Part shown: positions 1 to 11,243 of the stretch, piece by piece
How positions within the stretch are numbered: position 1 is the first letter of the stretch
Layout of the letters: the number at the start of each line of letters is the position of its first letter
NCBI RefSeq assembly: GCF_004010195.1
Contig: NC_057717.1
Span: forward strand, 104,568,003-104,590,497
Direction of reading: 5' to 3'
Length of the DNA: 22,495 nt
DNA from: Chiloscyllium plagiosum
Lineage: Eukaryota
Notes under the pieces: generated by a model
The model's input: the letters and a program-made list of their open reading frames with translations, nothing else
What the model was told of the DNA's origin: nothing
Databases searched by the model: none
Position numbers and translations under genes: made by a program

Positions 1-269
1 AGCTGAGGAATTTGGGATTGTTGTCCTACTCAGCAATAGGATATTTTTAGTTTTATGACTTTAAAGGAAGATTTACATTTGGGACACTTTAAACTTACAA
101 AAGGAACGAAATAACAGACCCTTGTACAATTGTTATCACTTTCCTCAATCCATTCAAGTTTGCAAAAGGCTGTTCTCTCCCAGCCTTCACCAGTTACCTT
201 GTGACCCCCTTGACAGGCTCAGCTGTTCACTACCTCAGATATGTAGTGATTCTTAAACATGAACATAAA

Positions 270-680
270 CAGGAACATACAAATTAGAAAGAAGAGTAGG
301 TCATTCAGCTCCTCGATTCACCATTTGATAAAATCCCGGCTGATCTGTGTCTTCAACTCAGCTTTCCTGCTGACCCCGATATACTTAAATTCTTGATTAA
401 TAAGGGAATCTATCTACCTCTGCCTTAGTCGATATTCAATGACTCTGCCTCCACTGCTTTCTGGGATAGAGAGAGCTCCACAGACTCACGAAAACATTTC
501 TCCTCATCTCTGTATTAAATAGGAGATTCCTTATTTTTAAAACATGTCCTTTTGTTCTAGTGTCTCACAATGATAAACATCCTTTCAGGATCTACTCTGG
601 AAAGTGGCCTCACAATCTTCAATAAGATCACCTCTTATTTCTTTCAACTCCAGCCTAACCTATCCGACCTTTCCTTTATA
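270..680 (-). mobile_element. Degenerate CR1-type LINE 3' fragment
   Basis: Resembles the antisense CR1 tail (gagtaggtcattcagc...gactctgcctccactgctttctggg...tttctcctcatctctgt). Recognised by eye; boundaries approximate. Confidence 0.6.
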
Positions 681-819
681 AAATGGTCCGATGCGCACCT
701 CTGTCTGTTTAACTATGGGGAGCATCACTGCCAGATCTGATGCTGTCCTTGACTGGCCCTGGTATAAAGTAGTTCCCTGGTGGTGATGAGGGTCAGGCAA
801 ATGGCTTTCCCTTTAGACC

Positions 820-1310
820 TAAAGAACGTAAGAAATAGGAATGGACTATTCAGCCCTCAAGTCTGTATTGCCATTAATTAAGATTGTGGTTCACCTTAAG
901 TTGCACTGCCACTTTCCTGCCTGATCTCCATATCCCATGATTACTCCAAGTACAAAAGACCCGTTGATCTCACTGCTATCTTCTGGGTAGAGAATTCCAA
1001 AGATTCACAGTCCTTGAGTAAAGAAATTCCTCTTTATCCCAGTTTTAAAGATCAACCTCTCATCCTGTGACAATGCCCTGATTTCTAGATTCTCCAGCGG
1101 GTGGGAAGCATCTCTCCTTATCTCCTCAGATAAACATCTGTATCCTTCCTAGAGTTAGGACACCTAGGGTTAGGATACCCTAACCTTGACTCATCCTGTT
1201 CAAACTCTCCTCATAAGACAATTGTGTCATTCCCAGGATCCATCTAGTGAACCTTTTCTGCTCTAAGGTGAATTTATCTCTCCTTAGATGGGTGAACAAA
1301 ACTGTAGCCA
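820..1310 (-). mobile_element. Degenerate CR1-type LINE 3' fragment
   Basis: aagaacgtaagaaatagga...ctgggtagagaattccaaagattcaca...aagaaattcctc...ccaggatccatctagtgaacct follows the CR1 antisense pattern. Confidence 0.6.
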
Positions 1311-1324
1311 GTACAAAGACAGCA

Positions 1325-1424
1325 AAAAATGAAAACAGAAATAGCTGGGAAAGCTCAGCAGGTCTGGCAGCACCTGAGGAGAGAAATCAGAGTTGAGGTT
1401 TTGGGTCCAGTGACCCTTCCTCAG
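1325..1424 (-). mobile_element. Short interspersed repeat, Penelope-like terminal element family A, partial
   Basis: Nearly identical to 9810-9912 and related to 3282-3488 (aaacagaaa..gctgg..aagctcagcaggtctggcagca..gagagaaatcagagtt..gggtccagtgacccttcctcaga). Confidence 0.65.
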
Positions 1425-2351
1425 ATTTACAGCAAGACTTCCTTACTCTTGTATCCCAGCCTTCTGTCATTAAAGGCCAACATCTGACCTCTTGCCTTCC
1501 AGTTGCTAGCTGTACCTGCGTGCTAGCTTTCCATGTTTTGCTTACAAGGACACCCCAGTCTCTTTCTGTTGCCTGGAGGAGCAGTGGCCAGCTCTTGTAT
1601 GGAACGTGAAGCCATATCTTCCTGAATAATGGAGGATAACAATGTATTTGATTTGCTTGGCTTCCAGTAACCACTGGCTGGTTATAGGAAAATGAAACCC
1701 CTTTGGTTGTTTTAGGCAAGACACATTGGGTTTGCACGTTTTCCAGAAAAGTGTTAGAACTGTGGAACTCAACAAAAGAAATTCTAGAATTGTGTTAGAA
1801 ATGGAGCCTGGCATATTCAGTCGCCATCAGGAAGTGTTACAATTGACATTTAATACCCTCGTATTATGGTGGGCTGGGGCTAGCACAGGGAGTCCATGTC
1901 TTTCTGCTGTTCACTGGAAATGCACGTATGTGTGTGTGTATACACACACATGTGCTTGTCCACATGTGTCTAGGAGAAAAGGATGGCAGCCATTCCCAAG
2001 GTCAGGTGACCTGTGAACACTCATTGCTGACACTCAGTCCTAAGGAAAATCCACTTGGCTACAGTGTCCATCACCCAGAAAACTAACCAGGAAACATGTT
2101 GGGAAGAGAAGGGGGCTGGGGGATGGGAAGGGAAGGAAGAGCAGGATTGCTGTGAAGTGGAAGCTGTCAGACACTTGACAGTTCAGTTGTAGATCCTAAA
2201 AATCCATGTAGAGGGAGAGTTTGATAAAAAATGAAATCAGCCTGTAAGTGATTCTAATGTCAGTACAACTACTGCGTTTATATTCTGGCAACAGGCTCCA
2301 CAGCCATTTATTGCTGTGAAGTGGATTCATTTTCGCAAATGTCCAAAAGGT

Positions 2352-2667
2352 GGGCGATTTGGTGGCTCAGTGATTAGCACAGCACCAGGGATCCGGGTTT
2401 GATTCTAGCCTCGGGTGAATGTCTTGTGTGGAGTTTGCACATTCTCCCCGTGTCTGCGTGGGTTTCCTCCCACAGTCCTAAGATGTGCAAGTCAGGGTGA
2501 ACTGGCCTTGTAGTGTCCATGGATGTGCAAGCTAGGTGGGTTAGCCATGGGGAATGCAGGGTCACAGGGATGGGGTAAGGGGCTGTGTCTGGGTGCTCTT
2601 CAGAGGGTTGGTGCAGACTTAATGGGCCGAATGGCCTTTTCTGCATTGCAGGGATTTTATGATTCTA
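2352..2667 (+). mobile_element. HE1-type V-SINE (elasmobranch tRNA-derived SINE), near full length
   Basis: A-box-like TGGCTCAGTGA, B-box-like GGTTTGATTCT, V-domain tgtggagtttgcacattctccccgtgtctgcgtgggtttcctcc, and LINE-derived tail atgggccgaatggcc...gggattttatgattct. Confidence 0.85.
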
Positions 2668-3281
2668 GGGGATGGGTTCACATTCAAGACAGGGCAGCAA
2701 GTGTATGAAGCCAGCTATAATCTCTGAGACTTGGAGCCTGTTCCTTACCTTCTGCTGGTCTTCCTGAGACATGGATCCCCTGTTGTGGAGATTCAGACAC
2801 AGGCATCATTCCCACCTTGTTCAAATCCTACTCAGTCGAGTGGAACAAAAGTTTCTTCCATCTGCCTATTAGCATTTGAAGGCCAAAAGTGCACTTAGTT
2901 TGATGCCGTGAGTCTGCACTCTAGGAAATGTCATTGGGGCTTAATATAGGGAACTTCATGTTGTCTGTAACCAGAGTATCACAACCTTGGAGTGCTTGAT
3001 GCTAATGCTGAAAGGAGATTAAAAATTGGCCAAACATCCCTTACCTGAACAAAATAGCTTTTCTCTTAAAGAATAACCGTTGACCTTTGGAGGGAGAACT
3101 ATCATACAATCAGAATTAACTAGCATGGTTACTGTTATTAGTTTGCTCCCAGTGATCTGGTTCTCTGGGATTCAACACCGGTGACAAAGTGAAAGGCTAA
3201 AGTTAGGTGCAACAGCGATGAAGGGTCAGACCAATTGGTTTATGATGAATACTTGAAAAGATCAACTAAATATTAATAATG

Positions 3282-3488
3282 AACAAGAGCAGAAATTGCT
3301 GGATAAGCACAGCAGGTCTGGCAGCATCTCTGCAGAGAACTCACAGAAAGTCTTGAAGACCTTTGAAGAGTCACTTGAACCGAAATGTCAACTCTGATTT
3401 CTCTCCAGAGATGCTGCCAGACCCGCTCAGTTTATTCAGCCTTTTCTGTTTTTGTGTCTGCTTTACAGCATCTGCAGTAGTTTTGTTT
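3282..3488. mobile_element. Family A repeat in inverted (fold-back) arrangement
   Basis: Left arm cagaaattgctgga..cagcaggtctggcagcatctctgcagaga is the reverse complement of right arm tctctccagagatgctgccagacccgct..cagccttttctg. Confidence 0.65.
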
Positions 3489-4670
3489 TTTATTAAATAT
3501 TAATGATATTGTTTAAAAAGATTTATACTGTCACTGCCTAAATTCAGATACCTTTTATACAAAATAATCTAAAAAGTATTACTGAGCAAATGATCACTGA
3601 CTGCTGCACTGGCAGTAAAATTTGAGAACCAAAACTGGGGCGAACTGTGTGTTTGGGTAAGGAATTATATAAAGTGGGAGGTGAAATGATAAATCAACAT
3701 GTTTCTCATGGGAAGTGGTTTGGTCCAATGGAATTCTGCACAGTGGGAGCTGATGGTACACTGATTTCACTATAGTACTGAGGGCAGGGCTAAATGTTTA
3801 TCTATTTAGAAACTGTAGCCTTCCAATATACCGCAGCCCCATAGAACATGAGTTCTTTAGGAGCACAACTCAACTTGTTCCACCACCATCACAGAAGATC
3901 ACATTTTAGACTATCTACTGACACTCAGGATATTATGATCCAGTTACTGACAGAAAACTTGTTAAAGCCGCTGGAAAGAACATAATGCAGAAGAAACAGG
4001 CTCCAAAAAATTGCATAGTTGACTACTTCTCAAAGTAGAAAGAATAGCTTTAATACAACTTTTCCAAATGTCTAATTTCAAAAGTTGCTCCATTTACAAA
4101 CGGTAATTGGAACCCTAGAGTTCTGGGTAAAGAGTAAGGTGACAAGATGTGTGTCCTGCCTTGCTGAGTATGGGCTCTGGGGGTTGAAAGGGAATGTGTT
4201 AAATGGATTTGCAAATGTTCATTTTGGTTTGTCAGTGAGATCCATGGCCCTTCTAGTCATTTAGAGCTTCTCTCACACCTGTCAAAGGGTGTCCTAAAGT
4301 GATGACTGCACTTTTACCTGTAATCTGTGAGGAAAGATTTTTTTAGCTTAAAAAAAAGTAATTTAAAAAAAACATTTTTAGGGTAATGTGTATATATAGT
4401 TCTTATTTTGGCTTAACTATTGTCAATTTAAATTTAGTTTAAAGAGGGGGCAGATGGAAAAGATCATTCTACAAGTCCAGACTCATTGCTGATGGCTTGT
4501 TGTTGCTGTTGCCTTACCTGTATATCAGTGTCATCTGTATGTACTTTGTCTGTTCACCATTTTTAATATCATAGCAGTTTTGTACAAAATACTTGAGCAT
4601 AAATGTTTTTCCAGCTACTGCTTATATTGACCAATACTTGTAAAGTTTATGTATCACATAGCCTGTGACT

Positions 4671-4676
4671 ATTAAA
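4671..4676 (+). terminator. Candidate polyadenylation signal ATTAAA of an upstream + strand gene
   Basis: Ends an AT-rich, repeat-poor, UTR-like tract and is followed by the T-rich gtttttttccttctggtttagttattt. Confidence 0.4.
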
Positions 4677-4721
4677 AAGACAAGTTTTTTTCCTTCTGGT
4701 TTAGTTATTTACTGTCTCTGC

Positions 4722-5143
4722 TAGAACAAAGAAAATTTGCAGCCCAGTAATAGACCCTTTGGCCCTCCAAGCCTGAGCCGATCCAAATCCACTGTCTAAA
4801 CCTGTCGCCCAATTCCTAAGGATCTGTATCCCTCTGTTCCCCACCTACTCGTGCATTTAAATGAATTTACCGGGCCTGCCTCTACCACCTCTGCTGGCAA
4901 TGCGTTCCAAACGCCCACCACCCTCTGTGTAAAGTACTTGCCATGTATATCCCCCTTAAACTTTTCACCTCTCACCTCGAATGTGTGAACTCTCGTTATT
5001 GAATCCCTCACCCTGGGGAAAAAGCATATCGCTGCTCCTTGGATGCTGCCTGAACTGCTGTGCTCTTCCAGCACCACTAATCCAGAATCTGGTTTCCAGC
5101 ATCTGCAGTCATTGTTTTTATCTTTTCTATCTACCCTGTCTAT
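4722..5143 (-). mobile_element. CR1/HER1-type LINE 3' end (RT C-terminus) interrupted by a short repeat at ~5030-5120
   Basis: Translation HTFEVRGEKFKGDIHGKYFTQRVVGVWNALPAEVVEAG is the typical CR1 ORF2 end motif. Confidence 0.8.
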
Positions 5144-5319
5144 CAGTGACAGTCGGTGAATGAATGAACATTTGAATTAACTATACATTACAATCACTTC
5201 TGACACATTTCCATAATGGATAATACCTCTACTCAAATCGCAGTGAAAGATGTCAAATGTTTTATGGGATCTAATGACATGTGTTTTCCACAAATCTAAA
5301 CTTTATTCTTTGGATGTAT

Positions 5320-5517
5320 AAAGTCATCACAGTCCCAATGGAGAATAGATCTATTAGAAAGAGGCAGCCAGTAGTAGTTTAACCTGAGGGTCACTGCATA
5401 TCAGGGGTGAGGGGAGAGGTTGTGAAGGAGAGTCCTTCACGGTAAGCTCAGCTAGTGCAGGAATTGAACCCATGCAGTTGGAATAACACTGCTTCATAAA
5501 CCAGCCAACCAAACTAA
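5320..5517 (-). mobile_element. tRNA-derived SINE
   Basis: Minus-strand head ttagtttggttggctgg with B-box GGTTCAATTCC, then the body aaggactctcc...gaccctcaggttaaac...gggactgtgatgacttt. Confidence 0.6.
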
Positions 5518-6683
5518 TCAATTGTGAATAGGCTGCTGAATCACAAAACAGCAGGACATCCTCTGAAAGTATGACTTAGATGTTGGGGCAAACTTTTCAG
5601 ACCCTCGAGCGTGCTCCACCATTAAATAAAACTGAGGCTGATCAGACTGTGACCTCAACTCCACAAAGTCACTGGTCCCGGTCCCCCTCAGCTCACCAAC
5701 TCGATTTAAAATTGCTCACTCCCAGTTGCTGACCAAGGTGGGGACATGACACCAGGTGAGGGCAGGACATTGTCACCAAGTCTAACAGCCTACTGTCCCG
5801 GTTAGAGAATCGCTTTTAAAGGGTGTCAGTCAGACCTAAAACTCTGGCATCCGACATGGGGATAAAGGGACTGGATGAATAAAAATATCTGCTATTTATG
5901 ACAATTGTTTTGCTTCCCTCAAATCTCAACCAAACAATTGCACCTTTTATAGTAACTTCATGTTTAAACCCATGAGCCAAACTACAGAAAATATTATTGT
6001 GAAGGCAAACTAAGTGATTTTTTACATATGCTACAATGCATTCAAATGGCGCAAAGATAAAACACTCATTACTTGGACCCTACGCAGTGACATAAAATAT
6101 CCCACATCTGGGCTGTTTACTCTGATTGGCAGTTTACACAAAGTAAACGGAACTCACTCCCAAACTGGTGCATATCAATTGGATACCAGATAACATTGGA
6201 GGATGGTTGCTGCTTGTGGATTCATTGTCTTTAGGAAACAGCAGAGAAACCTGGCAAACAGAAGAGAGAGTAGGTGTATTCAGCCCATCAATACTGCTTC
6301 TTCTTTTGATGTGACCATAACTGTTCCTTTATCTTAATGCCATACTCCCACTCTCAACACCTTTGACCTGTAGAAATGTTTTTCTTTCTCAAACTTAAGT
6401 CAGTGACTTGCCCTCCACAGGTTTCTGTGACCCTGGCCCACTATAGGGAAGTAAAGCAATTGATAGAGCTGGAGCCGTCTCCAAGAAAAACTACATCTGC
6501 AGTCAAACAAACTGTCCAGGCAACAAGACCATAGCATTGAAGGGGAAGCTAGTGAGATACAGGAAGGAGAAATATGTTGATAGGGAGAGCAGATACTTGA
6601 GTGAGTCAGGAACGTTAGCACAGACCTCTCTGTCTTAAAAATACTACACAAGTGAGAGACAATGAATGATTTTAAATGCCTAT

Positions 6684-6689
6684 TTTATT
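6684..6689 (-). terminator. Candidate STX10 polyadenylation signal AATAAA, implying a ~1.7 kb 3' UTR
   Basis: AATAAA on the minus strand followed by CA dinucleotides and a GT/T-rich element (ttgtctctcacttgtgtagtattttt). A further AATAAA lies at 5307-5302. Confidence 0.45.
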
Positions 6690-7224
6690 ACAAATACCTT
6701 TGTACACAGTTTCAACTCTCTCCATTGTCATATTTTTAATAAGTGTTATGATGTAGTTATGAAACAATAACAGAAATATCCCTGCTGGAGTCACACACTC
6801 CTCCTAGCAATTATTTCCTCATCTTTAAACATCACCCCTTGCCCCAGTGAAAAAAAAAGTACCTTAAAGCATAAACACAGAAATGCATGTTCATTTACTT
6901 CTTTTGCAGAATTGGTTTCTGAACTCTGTACCACAAACAAGGTAACTGACAGCAGCCAGAAAGGAACAGAATTCATTGTATAAAGCACCTTTGAGATCTG
7001 TCCACATTGTCTGCAAAAGTTCTTCTTTTGTAACCTTATCAAAACTTATTTCTGGAATTTGCAATCCTCAAGTTGTGATGCCCCATGTGTATGAACTGGA
7101 AAGGGAATCAGCCTAGAAACATGCCAATCTCTGACTGCTAAGTCAAATCCAATCATTCATGAACTGGCACAGGGCAGCTGGTGCTGGGAATACTCACAGG
7201 ACTGGACATAGACACAACATATTC

Positions 7225-7480
7225 CATTCAACACCATCCAGGACAGAAGGAATCTATCTCTGCACTCCCTCTACGACTGGTACTTGAGGCTGTGATATGT
7301 ACCATCTGTAGGGTGTACTGAAGCAACTTGCTAAGATTATATTGACTGCATCTCACCACCTCCCCAGTGACTATTGACAATAAAAGTAGCAATATATAGC
7401 AATACACCAGCATGTCATATCCTGCTCAAAAACATACTCCCATCTTGACTGGGATATCCATTTCATTCTTGAAATGATCA
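7225..7480 (+). mobile_element. Old L2/CR1-group LINE fragment in the putative STX10 3' UTR
   Basis: Reverse-complement similarity to 12138-12455 (caccatccaggac...tgtaccatct...actgaagcaact...catcttgactggga). Confidence 0.45.
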
Positions 7481-7609
7481 AAATTTAAAATAACTATCAG
7501 AAATTCGAAATATTTTTTTTTAAAAATGGACAGAGCCTCCGTGACACTTTCAATCATGGTACAACCTTTGCTTCTGATCCATTCTAATAACAGAAGATCG
7601 CTCCTTTTA

Positions 7610-7720
7610 GATTGGACTGACAGATGGCACTTCTGACAGTGTCAGCCTGGATTGAGAGTTCAGGTCTCTGGACTGGGACTTGAATCCACAGTGTTCTGAT
7701 TGAGAACGGTAATGCACAAT
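7610..7720 (-). mobile_element. Degenerate DeuSINE/SacSINE1-like fragment
   Basis: tctgacagtgtcagcctggatt...tctctggactgggacttgaatccaca; B-box-like GATTCAAGTCC on the minus strand. Confidence 0.45.
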
Positions 7721-8333
7721 ACCTGCAAGGAAAAGGGGTTCTAGTGCATCTCCTTGAATAGGAGTCAGACTGCAGGAATTATTTCGCACGAGTTGCTGTG
7801 AGTTATTGAAACTCCAACCTATTGGGAAGACCTGCTGAAAGCCCAGGAAATCCCTCATCACCTCCATTCCTTAGCTGAAAGATTACTTTCCCCATTAATG
7901 CCACAATGCTTCATACATCTGACCTGACCACCGGTTCTGTCGGTCAGTGGGAGGAAGCCGAGTTTGCTGCTAACTGTTATTTATGAATAAGCCATGAAGC
8001 AGGTGGTTAGGTGTTGGTCCGATTCTAAAGTAACTACTTAGTGTCCACTATGAACGTTCTAATAGGTGCGAGCTAACCCATTACAAAAGTTAAAAAAAGG
8101 TATTTTACATTCCTCCCGCTCCACGTATGTGCGGCAGGTTCAGTCATATTGGATACAAACCAAGAGTTCCAAACAAAAGCCCTCAGAGCAAGTAGGTTTG
8201 GTCACTTGGAGAACTCTACCCCAGCTCCGGGGAACTTGCTGCTGCTGCTGCTGCCTCCCACCGTGAACACTCTAGTTGCTGACTGTCCCCGGCAACCCGA
8301 GTGGTTCACAGTTCAACGTCCCACGGTCAACGA

Positions 8334-8410
8334 TCAGAGGGTGAATAATAAGATGAGCACCATGATCAGGATGATGAGGAGAACGACAATGACACACCAT
8401 TGACGCCGAG
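8334..8410 (-). CDS. STX10: Syntaxin-10 last coding exon 8, tail-anchor transmembrane helix and stop
   Basis: Acceptor gttttggtag|CT. 77 nt encoding (A)RRQWCVIVVLLIILIMVLILLFTL followed by TGA at 8336-8334. Confidence 0.93.
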
Positions 8411-8888
8411 CTACCAAAACAGACACACAGGGTCGCCATCAGAGTCAGCCCAGAGGCACCATACAATTCAACATCATTTCACGATTCGGGAGGGTGAGCC
8501 TCCTGCACTTACGTAACGCTGCAGACGCGGTAAAACTCTCCCGTGCAGGGACAGGTATTTGAACAGCTGAGCAAAAGTTCAGACAAGGAGGTAAGTTTTA
8601 AGGATCATCTTAAAAGGAGGGGAGGGAGGGATTTCGGGAGGGAATGCCAGTGTTTAGGCTGCCAGGGGTGGTATGATAGAAATTCAGGACAAGTGAAATA
8701 GGTGTGACAACAGTAAATGGGAGCAGCCTGCTTAAACAATGAGAAAACACCACAGCAGAAGCGAAGGGCCAAATGGCCACCCGGGTAGACTGGGGAGTGG
8801 AGGGGGAAGTGTTGGGGGAGGAGGGAGGATGGTGTCGAGGGGCTGAGGCGTTGGCGAAGGGGGTGGGTTGTGCTGCTGGGAAACTTAC

Positions 8889-8983
8889 CACTGGTCATGT
8901 GAGAAACTTTGGCCAGTTTCTTCAATGTGCTGTCGAGCCGGGAGTGGGTGTTGTCCAATTCATGGGAAAATTCATCAAGCATC
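8889..8983 (-). CDS. STX10: Syntaxin-10 coding exon 7, C-terminal half of the SNARE motif
   Basis: Acceptor ttcccag|G. 95 nt encoding [31 protein letters not shown]. Donor G|GTAAGT. Confidence 0.93.
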
Positions 8984-9087
8984 CTGGGAAAGGCAAGTCA
9001 AGCCAGGTTAGAGAGCAACAGGGGGCCCACTCCCTGGGGCAGAGCGAACCTCTGGCACAGGCTACTGACTCATACAATATGATTAAA

Positions 9088-9380
9088 CTGTGGAGAGTCC
9101 GGAGGAGATTTACCAGGATGTTGCTGGGAATGGAGAGTCTGAGTTCTAGGGCAAGGCTGGGACTTTTTTCACTGGAGCGTAGGAGGTTGAAGGCTGACCT
9201 TAAAGAAGTTTATAAAATCATGAGGGGTATAGATAAAGTGAATTAGAAGGGTCTTTTCCCCAGGGTAGTGGAGTTCAAAACTAGGCTGCATATTGTTAAC
9301 AAGAGAGCAGAAAGAATTACAAAGACATGAGGGGCAACTTTTTTTGTTAAAACGCAGAGAGTGGTTTGTGTGGGCAATGA
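9088..9380 (+). mobile_element. CR1-type LINE ORF2 C-terminal fragment
   Basis: RVRRRFTRMLLGMESLS...LGLFSLERRRLKADLKEVYKIMRGIDKV matches the CR1 RT C-terminal motif; in-frame stop follows. Confidence 0.85.
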
Positions 9381-9550
9381 TTAGGTAGAAGAGATCCCTG
9401 AACATTGATCACAAGGTGCAGGTTGCTGGAGGCAGTAACAGGATCATAACCCATCTCAGAGGTAGTAAACAGCAGCTGCTTCACTGCAGCTCAATGACAA
9501 AGTAAATATTTTTGAGTGTGGCTCAGGTCCCATTAATATCTCAATCTTGA

Positions 9551-9585
9551 CACACATAAACACACACACACACTCACACACACAC
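9551..9585. repeat. (CA)n microsatellite, interrupted
   Basis: cacacataaacacacacacacactcacacacacac. Confidence 0.85.
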
Positions 9586-9659
9586 AGAGGCACAAAGACT
9601 CCTCCTGCACAGCAAGACTTCAAAAAGCAGGGGAGGGGGGAATGGGAAATGGCGTTTCA

Positions 9660-9785
9660 GTCTGTGCTGTGATTTCTAATTAACCCCACTTGAATATGCT
9701 GTGACACATCTCGGGGATGGGTGGGACTTGGAACCTGGACCTTCTAGCTCAGAGGTGGGGACACTACCAGCACGTCACAAGAGTC
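9660..9785 (-). mobile_element. tRNA-derived SINE head
   Basis: Minus strand reads tggtagtgtcccacctctgagctagaaggtccaggttccaagtccca, which is A/B-box-like. Confidence 0.5.
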
Positions 9786-9809
9786 CTCACGTTAATGAGT
9801 GTAAACTGG

Positions 9810-9912
9810 AAACAAAATCAGAAATTGCTGGAAAAGCTCAGTGGGTCGGGCACAATCTGTGGAGAGAAATCAGAGTTAACGTTTCAGGTCCAGTGACCCT
9901 TCCTCAGAAACT
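9810..9912 (-). mobile_element. Family A Penelope-like terminal repeat with a hammerhead-like core
   Basis: Minus strand CTGAGGA-A-GGGTC-ACTG-GACCT-GAAAC-GTTAAC (9907-9875). Confidence 0.6.
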
Positions 9913-10094
9913 GGGGTGTGGGATCACATCATTCTCCCTTTAGAAACTCCCCAAATGTAGCAGGGCTGGATTCCATCCCGAATCATTCACCCCTCTCACC
10001 CTCTGGCAGCCTCTGTAAATTCTCAACGTCTTCCATAACAGCCTACATCAAAATCCGTCAGGTGAACCTCCCACCACAGAACATATATGAGCTC

Positions 10095-10197
10095 ACCCGA
10101 AAGCTAGTGCTTCCAAATAAACCTGTTGGACTATAACCTGGTGTTGTGTGATTTTTAACTTTGTCCACCCCAATCCAACACCGGCTCCTCCACCTCA
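10095..10197 (+). mobile_element. Family B Penelope-like terminal repeat fragment
   Basis: ccgaaagctagtgcttccaaataaacctgttggactataacctggtgttgtgtga is homologous to the arms of 15855-16053. Confidence 0.6.
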
Positions 10198-10454
10198 GAG
10201 CTTATCTCTGTGAGAGTCAAATGGGGGAAACAGCTTCTCCCTAGTGCGCTCACATCTTGCACCACTGTTCACAACTTCATTACTTTCCAAATGCTTTACA
10301 ACCCAGAGAAGGTTAATTTCGATTTGGAGTCATCGTTTATGTGTGAACCACAGTGGCAAGTTCCCATGGATGATCAGCAATAACCCGATCAAATAATCAG
10401 TTTCAGTGGCACAGTCACGAGCTGGGTCACCGCGAGATTATGTGGTCTATTGGA

Positions 10455-10812
10455 GGAGGGCATTGGTCTGCCTGAAACATATCGGTCTTCCAGATGAGGG
10501 AGCTGACCCTGAACAGGTGTTGCAGACTGGCACATCCCAAGGTCCTGGACTACGTGCTGAGGGACACACTAACCTTGGGGCAACTGCAGCCCAGGCGGAG
10601 TGGGGAAAGAGCATTGTCTGAGGTCTTTCTGCTGAAGGGAAATGGGGATCTAGTCAGTTATCAATTCCTCCCCATTCCTAAAATGTACATAAGTATCATC
10701 TTGAACAAAATAAATGTCTTGGGTTTGTCTGTTCCCCATATGTAAAGTCTGTACAGAATCAAACTGCTCTAGTGACCATTTTATGAATGAAGTATACTTT
10801 TGAAATAAAAAG
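10455..10812 (+). mobile_element. L1/Tx1-like LINE 3' end
   Basis: Frameshifted ...CCRLAHPKVLDYVLRDTLTLG / AAQAEWGKSIV* resembles a Tx1-clade ORF2 C-terminus from recall. Ends in atgaatgaagtatacttttgaaataaaa. Confidence 0.55.
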
Positions 10813-10867
10813 GATGGAGGACCTTAGTCTAACTTGGCACCCAGAGTGCAACATCTTCTTGCAGTGT

Positions 10868-11130
10868 CACAAAGTCACAGATAAGGTTATTTGGCCCATT
10901 GAATCTGCACCAGCCTATCTACACTCATCCCATTTCCCAGCCCTTGGCCCACAGCCTTCAATATTACTCTTCAAGTGCTCATCCAGATACTTTGTAAAGG
11001 TTGAGAGGTTTCCCACCTCAACTACCCTCCCAGACCCACCCCTCCCCACTGCCTTCTGGGTGAGAAAGCTTTTCCTCAAATCCCCTCAAAACCTCCTGCC
11101 CTTACATAAACACTATGCCCGCCTGTTACT
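10868..11130 (-). mobile_element. CR1-type LINE 3' fragment
   Basis: tttggcccattgaatctgcaccagc...caagtgctcatccagatact...cagacccacc...ctgggtgagaaagcttttcctcaaatcccc. Confidence 0.65.
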
Positions 11131-11243
11131 GACGCCCATATCGGTACACGTTCATTGGGTTCCCGCCCCTCTCGTCTGACAGTTCAGCATCCTCTCATAC
11201 ATCCCTCTGACAGCTCGCTCTGCACTGAAACCTTCCTTACATA

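Noticed and set aside
1168..1185. Small hairpin GGTTAGG-atac-CCTAACC resembling telomeric sequence
   Set aside because: It is too short, lies within a decayed LINE, and is not a TTAGGG array.
8605..8888. C-terminal extension of the exon 7 ORF as an isoform lacking the membrane anchor
   Set aside because: This is intron read-through past a strong GTAAGT donor, with low-complexity sequence and no supporting evidence.
8773..9246. 157-aa + strand ORF
   Set aside because: It is a chance fusion of antisense exon 7 and a decayed CR1 fragment.
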